A stretch of 64,000 nt of DNA from Anaerolineaceae bacterium. GTDB lineage: Bacteria > Chloroflexota > Anaerolineae > Aggregatilineales > Phototrophicaceae. The stretch covers positions 81,550 through 145,549 of the forward strand of contig JACKCG010000007.1 in the NCBI GenBank assembly GCA_020634135.1, written 5' to 3'. This document shows, in pieces, positions 29,691 through 38,435 of the stretch (position 1 is its first letter; each line of letters opens with the position of its first letter). Under the pieces are notes generated by a model. The model saw only the letters and a list, made by a program, of their open reading frames with translations, searched no databases and was not told the origin of the DNA. The position numbers and the translations under genes are program-made.

Positions 29691-31034
29691 TTACAGTTGT
29701 TTTACGGCATGAGCCGCGTAGCGTTCCCATATCTGGGGCGCTAATGCCAATGCTTCACGAGCGATTACGGTCTCGTCCAGCATGAGAAGCTCACGATCTA
29801 ACATCAACGGTTTTCCGGCGACGATTGTGGCAGTCACCATAGAAGACTCGAAGCCAAACACAATATGCCAGGGGATATTCCCGTCTGTCAGCGGGGTGAA
29901 CGGGTGATAATCCACAAAGATTATGTCAGCAGCCGCCCCCACCCGCAATTCCCCCAGGGTCTGGCCGGGGAAGAAGCGCTCAATAAGCCGGGCATTATTT
30001 ACCGTAGCAATGCGCGCAATATCGGACCCGTTTGCCTGACGCGGATCACGGTGAGCGACTTTATGCAGCAAATAGGCCGTTTTCCACTCTGCCCACATAT
30101 TGTTGCTGAAGCCATCGTTGCCCAGCGCGACGTTCATCCCCGCTCCAAGCATCGTTTCCAGTGCCATCGCGCCGACCCCATTATTCATGTTTGAGCGCGG
30201 CTGATGCGAAATCCACGTTCCGCTCTCGCTCAGTATCCGGCGTTCTGCTTCGTCAATATGCACACAATGAGCAGCGATGGTCTTATCGCCCCATACACCA
30301 TACTCATCCAGACGCTGTACGACCCGTTTACCGCTTCGCCGCAGACTGTCTTCCTCATCGGCCTCATGTTCGGCCACATGGACATGATAGCCGGCGCCCT
30401 CAGGCAGCGCATCGGCACAGGCGCGCAGCGCGTTGTCATCAAGCGTCAGGCTGGCGTGCAGGCCAAATGTCCCGGCGATAAGCGGGGATTGGTTGTTTCT
30501 CATAAAACGGACATTTTCGGCAATCCCGGCGTACATCTTCTCTTCGCCGTCGCGGTCTGTCACTTCATAACACAACACGGCGCGCAGTCCTGCCAGACTA
30601 ACCGCATCCGCAATCTCATCCAAACTGCCCTCAATGAAATTCGGGCTGGCATGATGGTCAATCAGCGTAGTTGTGCCATGCTTCACAGCATCTACCAGAC
30701 AAACCAGGGCGCTCATCCGCACCGCATCAGCATCCAGCGCCTTATCCAGCGGCCACCATAACCGCCTCAGAATCTGCGGGAAGTCCGCTGGTGGCGCCCC
30801 CGGGATTGCCATACCCCGCGCATAGGCCCCGTAAAAATGCGTGTGAGCGCAGATGTTTCCCGGCATGACCAGTTGACCACGCGCATCCAGACGTGGCGTT
30901 TGCGGGTATTGTTCGAGTAAGTCCTTTGTGCGCCCTAATGCCTGAATCAGGCCATCTTCAATATAGAGTGCTTGGTCGCTTAAAACCTGGTTGTTTTCCC
31001 CCCAGGTGATGAGCGTACCGTTAATAATCAGCAT
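29691..31034 (-). CDS. ssnA: SsnA-family amidohydrolase (selenium-dependent Mo-hydroxylase-linked aminohydrolase)
   Basis: PGNICAHTHFY, LWWPLDKALD, LIDHHASP and PRSNMNNGVG match my recollection of E. coli SsnA. Amidohydrolase superfamily metal ligands are present. Confidence 0.82.
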   Translation of the reverse strand: MLIINGTLITWGENNQVLSDQALYIEDGLIQALGRTKDLLEQYPQTPRLDARGQLVMPGNICAHTHFYGAYARGMAIPGAPPADFPQILRRLWWPLDKALDADAVRMSALVCLVDAVKHGTTTLIDHHASPNFIEGSLDEIADAVSLAGLRAVLCYEVTDRDGEEKMYAGIAENVRFMRNNQSPLIAGTFGLHASLTLDDNALRACADALPEGAGYHVHVAEHEADEEDSLRRSGKRVVQRLDEYGVWGDKTIAAHCVHIDEAERRILSESGTWISHQPRSNMNNGVGAMALETMLGAGMNVALGNDGFSNNMWAEWKTAYLLHKVAHRDPRQANGSDIARIATVNNARLIERFFPGQTLGELRVGAAADIIFVDYHPFTPLTDGNIPWHIVFGFESSMVTATIVAGKPLMLDRELLMLDETVIAREALALAPQIWERYAAHAVKQL

Positions 31035-31037
31035 TGT

Positions 31038-31712
31038 TCAATGCCATCCTTCCAATGGAACATTCACAAACACTGGGCCGCCAGCCGCAGCAATCCGCGC
31101 CAGGATTAAGGCCAGCAGTTGATCTTCCTGCTGACCACTATCCAGATACAACCGGTCAGCGCCCGACTCGGTAGACGCCACAACGGCCCCGTGCTGGCAT
31201 AAGACACGGATTTCGGGCGCTATGTTGGGATATTGCGCGTCCCAGGTGCGATCTGATTGTATCCCACGATTACGCAGCGCATGATAGATACGATCCACGA
31301 AGTAATCCGCCGGGCTGTACAGGTCGTTGATCTGCCGGGCATGAACAAACCGGTCCCATGTTGTGTAGATAAAGGAAATGGGACGATGGGCAGGATTCAA
31401 AATGGGGGGCGATTTTTCGAGCAGCGCCCCCAACTGCACTTTGTAATATACGTCATCCGCTCGCGGGTGGTCAGCTTGTTTCGGCAGCAAATCCCGACGG
31501 CGAACCAACTCCACCCCGGTACGGCGGGCATAATAATGGATACCCCCGTTGCGCTCTTTGAACACTCCACTCAAGAAAAAGGCCAGGTACTCGGCGTGAA
31601 TGCCCTGCTTCAAACGCGCCTGCGGGATACGATACCAGTGCGCATCCTGCGCGTAAGCCAGGTCACGCTTGCGATTGATAACGCCCACGAGCACGCGGTC
31701 TTCCGGGAACAT
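31038..31712 (-). CDS. Hypothetical protein (224 aa), operon-embedded
   Basis: A 3-nt gap to both neighbours on the same strand. No motif recognised (AHWYRIPQARLK...IHYYARRTG). Confidence 0.55.
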   Translation of the reverse strand: MFPEDRVLVGVINRKRDLAYAQDAHWYRIPQARLKQGIHAEYLAFFLSGVFKERNGGIHYYARRTGVELVRRRDLLPKQADHPRADDVYYKVQLGALLEKSPPILNPAHRPISFIYTTWDRFVHARQINDLYSPADYFVDRIYHALRNRGIQSDRTWDAQYPNIAPEIRVLCQHGAVVASTESGADRLYLDSGQQEDQLLALILARIAAAGGPVFVNVPLEGWH

Positions 31713-31715
31713 ATC

Positions 31716-33110
31716 CTATTCCCCACTGCCCTCCGCTGCCCGCACTGCTTCCAGGCGGGTGTCAAGCTCGGCAACCATGCGCTGGTGTGCCTCCCACCAA
31801 TCCTGATGGCGCTGGGCGTCCAGTTCTTCCACCGTCTTACCCTGCTGCTCGACCCAGGTGTAGTATTTCAGATTGTGCCAGCGTTCACGCGCTTCCGGCG
31901 TGCCCCGCATCACCCAATCGGTACGTGCGCCCTTGAAGATGCTTTCTACCCGCCCTACCGCTACCGCTTCGTCCATTTCACCATGCTGGGCCGGCATTTT
32001 ATCCATAACCGAGTAATAACGATCCAGCGAATCAGTAGCGATTGTGACAATCGTGTCATCCGCCCCGAGATCGTAATACCGGGCGGTTTTGATCGCGCCG
32101 ATGATGTTACAAATACTGCTGATTCCGAAGAGAGTGCTCATCTTCTCAACCAGCGCCGCATCCACGCCGTAACGTTCGGCCAGCACACGCTGCCCAACCG
32201 GATCAGCAAAAACCTGTAGCCCTTTTTTGCTATCCTGGTCGTCAATGCACATGAGCGCGTCCATATTCATGACGTTGTGAATCCAGGTGACGTGTTTATC
32301 GCCAATACCTTCAATATCATGTGCGCCGTAGCCATTACTGTAGAGTGTACGGCACTGCACCGGCTCCAGACCGACGATTTTATGATCCGGCCACACCTGC
32401 TTCAGGCGATCACCAGCGGCAATCGTACCGCCGCTGCCCATGGCAGAGACAAACGCGGCGATTTTGCCGTTGCCTACCCCCCGCTCGGCCAGTTCCGCCG
32501 CCAGTTCAACAATCGTATTCCCTGTAACGTGGTAATGGAAACGATAATTGCCCATCACTTCAAACTGGTTGAGAATACGCACGTTGCTATCACTGGCGCG
32601 TAAACGGTGAGTCTCGTCATAAATCTCTTTTACATTGCTTTCCGAGCCAACCGTCGCAATCACCTCCGCACCATAGGAGTGGATACGATCAAACCGTTCT
32701 TTGCTCATTCCCTCCGGCAGCACCACGAGACAGTTATACCCCATCCGGCAGCCAATCCACGCCCCACCAATTCCGTAATTACCCGTAGACGGCCACACCA
32801 GTGTATTCTGATTCGGGTCTACCTCACCAAATAACTGTTTTTCCAACAGTACGGAATACGCCGCACCGACCTTGTGGCTCCCGGTGGGGAATTCCTTGCC
32901 ATACAACACCACAATATTGGCGGCCACGCCGGTGACTTCACGCGGGAGGACGACATAGTAAATCCGGTTATCCGGGTCGCGCCAACTGACGTTATACAGG
33001 TTGATGGGGTCAAGCGGGTCGGCGGTTTTCGCCTCGAACGCCCGTTTGCGAATTTCGGGGTTAATTTTCTCAGGATGCAGCATTTCTTCAAAAGTTGGAC
33101 CTGTTATCAC
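31716..33110 (-). CDS. Fold-type II PLP-dependent enzyme, long CysK/CBS/TrpB-like form (464 aa)
   Basis: PTGSHKVGAA (PLP lysine), STGNYGIG, SAMGSGGT glycine loop and IEGIGDK. Has N- and C-terminal extensions relative to CysK. Confidence 0.75.
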   Translation of the reverse strand: MITGPTFEEMLHPEKINPEIRKRAFEAKTADPLDPINLYNVSWRDPDNRIYYVVLPREVTGVAANIVVLYGKEFPTGSHKVGAAYSVLLEKQLFGEVDPNQNTLVWPSTGNYGIGGAWIGCRMGYNCLVVLPEGMSKERFDRIHSYGAEVIATVGSESNVKEIYDETHRLRASDSNVRILNQFEVMGNYRFHYHVTGNTIVELAAELAERGVGNGKIAAFVSAMGSGGTIAAGDRLKQVWPDHKIVGLEPVQCRTLYSNGYGAHDIEGIGDKHVTWIHNVMNMDALMCIDDQDSKKGLQVFADPVGQRVLAERYGVDAALVEKMSTLFGISSICNIIGAIKTARYYDLGADDTIVTIATDSLDRYYSVMDKMPAQHGEMDEAVAVGRVESIFKGARTDWVMRGTPEARERWHNLKYYTWVEQQGKTVEELDAQRHQDWWEAHQRMVAELDTRLEAVRAAEGSGE

Positions 33111-33124
33111 AAGTACTCTCCCCT

Positions 33125-33364
33125 TTAGGGTTCATCATCATCAATATGTAATTCTTGCTCCAGAGTGTGCATGTCGTTGAACATTTCATCACGCTTCTGG
33201 GCCAATTCACGGTAACGCAATTTTTCTTCGGGCGGCATTTGAGACGGATCGCCTCGGTATGTTGCCAATAACGCATCAATCTGCGCATTCAGAGCTTCAT
33301 ACACCAGAACCATTTTGCGGTACTGCTGGACTTTATGCAGCAGTTCGCGGTCACTATCGGCCAT
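33125..33364 (-). CDS. Hypothetical small coiled-coil protein (79 aa)
   Basis: ORF in the operon with a heptad-like charged sequence. No family recognised. Confidence 0.45.
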   Translation of the reverse strand: MADSDRELLHKVQQYRKMVLVYEALNAQIDALLATYRGDPSQMPPEEKLRYRELAQKRDEMFNDMHTLEQELHIDDDEP

Positions 33365-33373
33365 CGCTGCCCA

Positions 33374-34393
33374 CTATCCCTCCACATCCTGATCTGCTTC
33401 AGATTGTGGCACGCCGGAGGCGCGCTGTCCAGGCGACGTGTCCAGATTGGATCGAGACGCCACAATGTACAGGGGACGCTGCCGCACTTCATCATAGATT
33501 CGGGCGATATACTGCCCCATGATGAACAGGAAGAACAACTGGAACGCGCTCACTATCAGCAGCAGCAAAATCGTTGTGACCTGCCCACCCAGGAATTCAT
33601 AACCCAGAATCACCCGCAAGATACCGATGACCGGTATCGCGATGACGGCCAGCAGCCCCAGGATGAAGCTAACATAAACCATGATCTGCAAGGGGAAATA
33701 AGAAAAGCCTGTTACCGCATCCATCGCAAAACGGACCATTTTACGAAGGGGGTATTTAGTCTCTCCCCATTCCCGTGCCTCGCGCACATACGAAACGCCG
33801 GTCTGCTTGAAACCCGCCCAACTCGTCATACCCCGGATAAAGCGGTTATGCTCGCGCATCGTCCGCAGCACATCTGCCACATTGCGGTCAATTAAGCGGA
33901 AATCACCCGTATCCAAGGGGATGTCCACGTCCGTAATGCGGTAGATCATCCGGTAGAACAGCTTGGCTGTGAACAGTTTGAACCAGCTTTCGCCTTTACG
34001 CTCCTGGCGAATCGCGTACACCACTTCATATCCGGCCTTCCAGCGTTCGATCATCTCCAGAATGAGTTCCGGCGGGTCCTGCAGGTCGGCGTCAATGACC
34101 ACCACCGCGTCACCCGAAGCATGGTCTATCCCCGCAGTAACCGCCAATTGGTGCCCGAAATTGCGGGCAAAGTTCACCACTTTGATGCGGCTGTCTTTGG
34201 CCGCTAATTCGGAAAGCATCTCGAAGGAGCGATCACGGCTGCCATCGTTGACCGTAACAAGTTCCCACTCTTCACCAGTGGAATCCATGACCAAAGTGAT
34301 ACGATCATAGAGCTTCTGAATGTTGCCTTCCTCATTATAAATAGGGGCTACAATCGAATAACGTGGGTTTTCACTCATGTTTGCTTCACCCAT
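33374..34393 (-). CDS. GT2 polyprenyl-phosphate glycosyltransferase (GtrB/ArnC/DPM1-like)
   Basis: YSIVAPIYNEEGNI, VNDGSRD and IDADLQDPP (DxD) motifs, plus two C-terminal TMs typical of GtrB-like enzymes. Confidence 0.87.
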   Translation of the reverse strand: MGEANMSENPRYSIVAPIYNEEGNIQKLYDRITLVMDSTGEEWELVTVNDGSRDRSFEMLSELAAKDSRIKVVNFARNFGHQLAVTAGIDHASGDAVVVIDADLQDPPELILEMIERWKAGYEVVYAIRQERKGESWFKLFTAKLFYRMIYRITDVDIPLDTGDFRLIDRNVADVLRTMREHNRFIRGMTSWAGFKQTGVSYVREAREWGETKYPLRKMVRFAMDAVTGFSYFPLQIMVYVSFILGLLAVIAIPVIGILRVILGYEFLGGQVTTILLLLIVSAFQLFFLFIMGQYIARIYDEVRQRPLYIVASRSNLDTSPGQRASGVPQSEADQDVEG

Positions 34394-35627
34394 CCTGTAA
34401 GGCTCGTTGAACTGCGGATAAGTCAGGTTGTACCCTGATCCCCTGTGAAACCGACTGTTGGGCGCTCTTGATGTCTTTCAGCCCGTTGCCTGTAACCAAC
34501 AGCGCAACACGTTCTTCAGGTTGAATCAAGTTCGATTGTACAGCACGTTGCGCCCCGGCGAAAACCGCTGCCGCCGCCGGTTCAGCAAAGACACCGGTCA
34601 ACCGTGCTAACTGCGGAATCGCCGCAAGAATCTCAGAATCCGGCACGGCGATAAACGCGCCATTCGTCTCCCGTACCGCCCGCAGCGCCTTAACCCGGTC
34701 ACGTGGTAGACCGGCGGAAATGCTGTCTGCGATAGTCTGCGCCTGCACCGGATGCATCTCTTCTGGTTTCGTATGATCTTGCCAGGCTCGCACCAACGGT
34801 GAACTGCCTACTGCTTGTACACCGATTAAGCGTGGAATCCGCTGTATCCACCCCAATTGGAATAATTCCCAGAACCCTTTATGGACACCCCCGATAATGC
34901 TCCCGTCGCCCACACTGACCACCACCACATCCGGCACATCCCAGCCCGATTGTTCGGCCATCTCATAAGCAACGGTTTTCTTCCCCTCGGTGGTGAATGG
35001 GTTAATGCCCGTATTGCGGCAGTACCAATCTTCCGTCACACACATATCGTAACACAGGTCGAAGGCAACATCATAAGATGCTTCCACCAGCAGTACCTTC
35101 GCCCCATAGACCAACAGCTGTGCAATCTTGGCTTCCGGTGCAGTGGCGGGAACAAAAATAACAATGTTCAGTCCCACCGATGCCCCTACACCGGCCAGAG
35201 CCGCCGCTGCATTGCCGGTACTGGCGGTACTGACCACCTGAACACCCTGCTCTAACGCACGGGCAACGACCATCGCACTGGCCCGGTCTTTGAGTGAGGC
35301 TGTCGGGTTCTGGCCGTCATCCTTCACCCAGGCCTGGCGTACTCCCAGAGCCGTAGCCAACCGTCCCGCATCATACAGCGGTGTAAAGCCCACCCGCAGC
35401 GGCGGGACAACCGATCCGGCATCCAGCGGCAGCAAAGCGCGATAACGCCACATAGACTGCTGTTGATTACGCAATGCGTCCCGCTCAAGTTGCGTGCTGA
35501 GCAGTTCATAATCGTATAACACATCCAGTGTGCCAACCTGCCCGCACGCCGGACAGAAGTATGGCACCTCATCCGGTTGATACGAACGACCACATACAGT
35601 ACAACGTAGCTCTTTAATTGTTGCCAC
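34386..35627 (-). CDS. thrC: Threonine synthase family PLP enzyme with an N-terminal zinc ribbon
   Basis: CTVCG...CPACG ribbon, NPTASLKDRAS (PLP lysine), STGNAAAA and VSVGDGS. Confidence 0.8.
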   Translation of the reverse strand: MATIKELRCTVCGRSYQPDEVPYFCPACGQVGTLDVLYDYELLSTQLERDALRNQQQSMWRYRALLPLDAGSVVPPLRVGFTPLYDAGRLATALGVRQAWVKDDGQNPTASLKDRASAMVVARALEQGVQVVSTASTGNAAAALAGVGASVGLNIVIFVPATAPEAKIAQLLVYGAKVLLVEASYDVAFDLCYDMCVTEDWYCRNTGINPFTTEGKKTVAYEMAEQSGWDVPDVVVVSVGDGSIIGGVHKGFWELFQLGWIQRIPRLIGVQAVGSSPLVRAWQDHTKPEEMHPVQAQTIADSISAGLPRDRVKALRAVRETNGAFIAVPDSEILAAIPQLARLTGVFAEPAAAAVFAGAQRAVQSNLIQPEERVALLVTGNGLKDIKSAQQSVSQGIRVQPDLSAVQRALQDG

Positions 35628-35648
35628 AGTATTCGCCTATCCGCCGGG

Positions 35649-36605
35649 CTATTTCGGCACGATGCGCGTGCCGGTTTCGCCACGCAGCGCCCGCGCCAGA
35701 TTCCAGGGATCAGTGATAATCGCCTGCGGGCCACCGTTCTGCACGAAATCTAACGCGGCTTCGATCTTGGGCAGCATACTCCCCACACCAAAATGCCCTT
35801 CGGCCATATACTGATTGGCTTCGCTGAGCGTCATCGTATCAAGGAAACGCTGGTCAGGCTTATTGAAGTTCAGGGCCACTTTTTCGACACCAGTCGAGAT
35901 TATCAGCAGGTCAGCCCGGAGTGTTTGCGCCAATAAACTGCTGGCACGGTCCTTATCAATCACCGCGTATACCCCTTTCAAGCCGCCGACCTCATTCCGC
36001 ACAACCGGAATACCGCCGCCGCCACAGGCAATGACGACATAGCCGCTCAGCATGAGTGCCTGAATCGCGTTGATTTCCTGGATAGACTGCGGTTTGGGTG
36101 AGGCCACCACCCGCCGCCAGCCACGCCCGGCATCTTCCATCACCTGCCAGCCCTCTGCCTCGAATTTACGCGCTTCAGCCTCGGTCATGAAACCACCGAT
36201 TGGCTTGGTCGGGTTCTCAAAAGCCGGGTCATTAGCATCCACCCGTACCTGGGTGACAACAGTAGCGCACGTCCGATTCATACCCAACCGGCGCAGCGAA
36301 TCGTCGAGTGCCTGTTGCAGCATGTAGCCGATGCTGCCCTGCGTGTCCGCCACGATCAAGTCAAGCGGGACATCGTGAATACCTTCTTTGGCCGCGATTT
36401 CCCCCCGCCGTAGAATAAAACCAACCTGCGGGCCGTTGCCGTGCGTCACAACCACATGCCATCCACCAGCCACCATCGCGGCGATGTGTTCACACGTCTG
36501 CCGTACCGCATCCCACTGGCGAGAAATACTGGGGTCTTTCGGGTCTGAAATTAAGGAATTGCCGCCAATTGCGACGATTGCCAGTTTTTCAATCATAGTT
36601 TTCAC
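35649..36605 (-). CDS. arcC: Carbamate kinase
   Basis: IVAIGGNSL, VVTHGNGPQVG, ACGGGGIPV and VIDKDRAS motifs. Confidence 0.92.
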   Translation of the reverse strand: MKTMIEKLAIVAIGGNSLISDPKDPSISRQWDAVRQTCEHIAAMVAGGWHVVVTHGNGPQVGFILRRGEIAAKEGIHDVPLDLIVADTQGSIGYMLQQALDDSLRRLGMNRTCATVVTQVRVDANDPAFENPTKPIGGFMTEAEARKFEAEGWQVMEDAGRGWRRVVASPKPQSIQEINAIQALMLSGYVVIACGGGGIPVVRNEVGGLKGVYAVIDKDRASSLLAQTLRADLLIISTGVEKVALNFNKPDQRFLDTMTLSEANQYMAEGHFGVGSMLPKIEAALDFVQNGGPQAIITDPWNLARALRGETGTRIVPK

Positions 36606-36696
36606 TTTCAGATTTCAATCAGGTTATAACAACTATGTCTACAGTTATAGTTTAATCACCTTGCTTCAGTACAAAGATTTCGCCACCAGTCGAGAC

Positions 36697-36735
36697 CAAA
36701 AAGCCGCCAGCCCCCTTCCCCGAATGCTGACGGCT
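36697..36735 (-). terminator. Rho-independent terminator downstream of the ygeW-like gene
   Basis: On the minus strand, AGCCGTCAGC pairs with GCTGGCGGCT (10 bp, one G-U) around a 13-nt loop, followed by TTTTTGG. Confidence 0.6.
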
Positions 36736-36752
36736 CATCGCTCATAGCAAGT

Positions 36753-37733
36753 CTAGCGCATGGTCAAAGCCATCGCCGCTTTCTGAACATGCAGCCGGTT
36801 CTCGGCCTCGTCATACACCACACTCTGCGGCCCATCCAGCACGCCGTCCGTCACCTCGATATTGCGGTCAGCGGGCAGACAGTGCATGTAGATGGCATGA
36901 TCGTTCGCCAGTGCCATACGCCGTTCATCAGTGATCCAATTGGTATACTTCTTGCCGATTTTGGCTGATTCCGCGTTGTCCTCAGTCGTCATCCATGAAC
37001 CCCAACTCTTGGGATACACAATATCCGCGCCAGCAAACCCGGCATCAAAATCATCAAGGATTTCAAATGAACCGCCACTCCGATGCGTGTTTTCCTTTGC
37101 CTGTTCCACAATATCCGGCATCAGCTTGTATTCTGCCGGATGGGTCAAGCGCACATTCATCCCGAAGCGTGTCATCAGCAGCACCAGGCTTTGTGGCACG
37201 GAAATCGGCTTCTGGTAACTGGCGGCATACGCCCAACTGACATTAATGGTTTTGCCGCGCAGGTCACGCCCGAATTTCTCCATAATGGTCATCATGTCAG
37301 CCAGAATCTGGAACGGGTGATATACATCACATTGCATGTTCAGCACCGGCACCCGGCTGGCCGCAGCCACATCACGGATGTACTGGTTGCCAAATTTCCA
37401 ATCACATTGGCGGATGGCGATACCGTCGTTATAGCGTCCCAGGATTTCACCGATTTCCTTCGCGGTATCCCCATGTGAAATCTGGGTTGTCGTGCTGTCA
37501 ATAAACTGCGCATGGCCGCCCAACTGCGCCATACCAGCCTCGAAGCTTGCACGAGTCCGGGTACTGGTGAAGAAAAATAGCATTGCCAGCACTTTATCCC
37601 GCAGGTACGCATGGGATTCGCCCAACGCCCGTTTGCGTTTTAAGTCCCATGCCACATCCAGCAGGGTTTCGATCTCTTCTTTTGTCCATTCCTGGGTCGT
37701 GATAAGATCACGCCCACGCAGGTCAGTCTGCAT
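36753..37733 (-). CDS. ygeW: YgeW-like carbamoyltransferase (ATCase/OTCase family)
   Basis: FFTSTRTRASFE, TQISHGDTAKE, NMQCDVYHPFQILAD and HCLPA. The QIxHG(D/E)T and QCDxxHP variants match my recollection of YgeW rather than ArgF. It is shorter (326 aa) than E. coli YgeW. Confidence 0.72.
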   Translation of the reverse strand: MQTDLRGRDLITTQEWTKEEIETLLDVAWDLKRKRALGESHAYLRDKVLAMLFFFTSTRTRASFEAGMAQLGGHAQFIDSTTTQISHGDTAKEIGEILGRYNDGIAIRQCDWKFGNQYIRDVAAASRVPVLNMQCDVYHPFQILADMMTIMEKFGRDLRGKTINVSWAYAASYQKPISVPQSLVLLMTRFGMNVRLTHPAEYKLMPDIVEQAKENTHRSGGSFEILDDFDAGFAGADIVYPKSWGSWMTTEDNAESAKIGKKYTNWITDERRMALANDHAIYMHCLPADRNIEVTDGVLDGPQSVVYDEAENRLHVQKAAMALTMR

Positions 37734-37832
37734 AATTCAACTCTCCTTAAACAACCGTTTCTATGATTCTTGAGGAACAAACGGGGGCAAATACCCCCAA
37801 ATGAAATGCCACATATTGTACACGAACACGTG

Positions 37833-38429
37833 TTAGAGATGCTCCACCAGATTCCACGAACGGCAAATATACCGCTCGGTATCGTAACGCTCCAGGATGA
37901 CTATGCCGGTATTATCGAGAACGCTATTCTGTTGCAGCGCCGCCGCGTTCACGCAAAGGTAAGGCGTGACCGTCCCTGTGATGCCGCCGTGTGTCACCAG
38001 CAGCGCCGTTTCCTTGACATGGTGTAAAGCGCGGGAGAAACGCTCAAAACCCTGGCGATACGACTCGCCGCCGGGAAATGCCGCCTCCCACTCACCAGCT
38101 CGCCAGCGGAACGCTACTGCCATAAACTCATCCCAGGCAGCTTCATCTACCCGTCCTTCAAAATCTCCGCAGTCCATCTCGCGTAGTCCATCTTCAACCT
38201 CAAGTGGCAGGTTCAGCTTTTTAGCGACAATCTGCGCGGTCTGCTCCGCCCGATGAAACGGACTGTGTAAAATCCGCGAGATGCCTTTATCCGCCAGCCA
38301 GTCAGCGGCTTTGGCAGCCTGCTCACGTCCCAGGTCGGTGAGATCGCCTTCAAGACTGCGGCAGGTCAGGCGGCGCTCCACATTCACCACACTCTGCCCG
38401 TGCCGCATCAGGTAGATTAAGTCAGTCAT
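37833..38429 (-). CDS. Histidine phosphatase family protein (phosphoglycerate mutase-like)
   Basis: IYLMRHGQS (RHG), SPFHRAEQTA, and a C-terminal LLVTHGG motif. Confidence 0.85.
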   Translation of the reverse strand: MTDLIYLMRHGQSVVNVERRLTCRSLEGDLTDLGREQAAKAADWLADKGISRILHSPFHRAEQTAQIVAKKLNLPLEVEDGLREMDCGDFEGRVDEAAWDEFMAVAFRWRAGEWEAAFPGGESYRQGFERFSRALHHVKETALLVTHGGITGTVTPYLCVNAAALQQNSVLDNTGIVILERYDTERYICRSWNLVEHL

Positions 38430-38435
38430 AACCCA

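Noticed and set aside
31257-32219. 320-aa plus-strand ORF
   Set aside because: It lies antisense to two well-supported minus-strand genes (the 224-aa protein and the PLP enzyme) and spans their boundary. Its sequence is low-complexity (Arg/His/Pro-rich) and has no motifs. This is typical of spurious antisense ORFs in GC-rich coding DNA.
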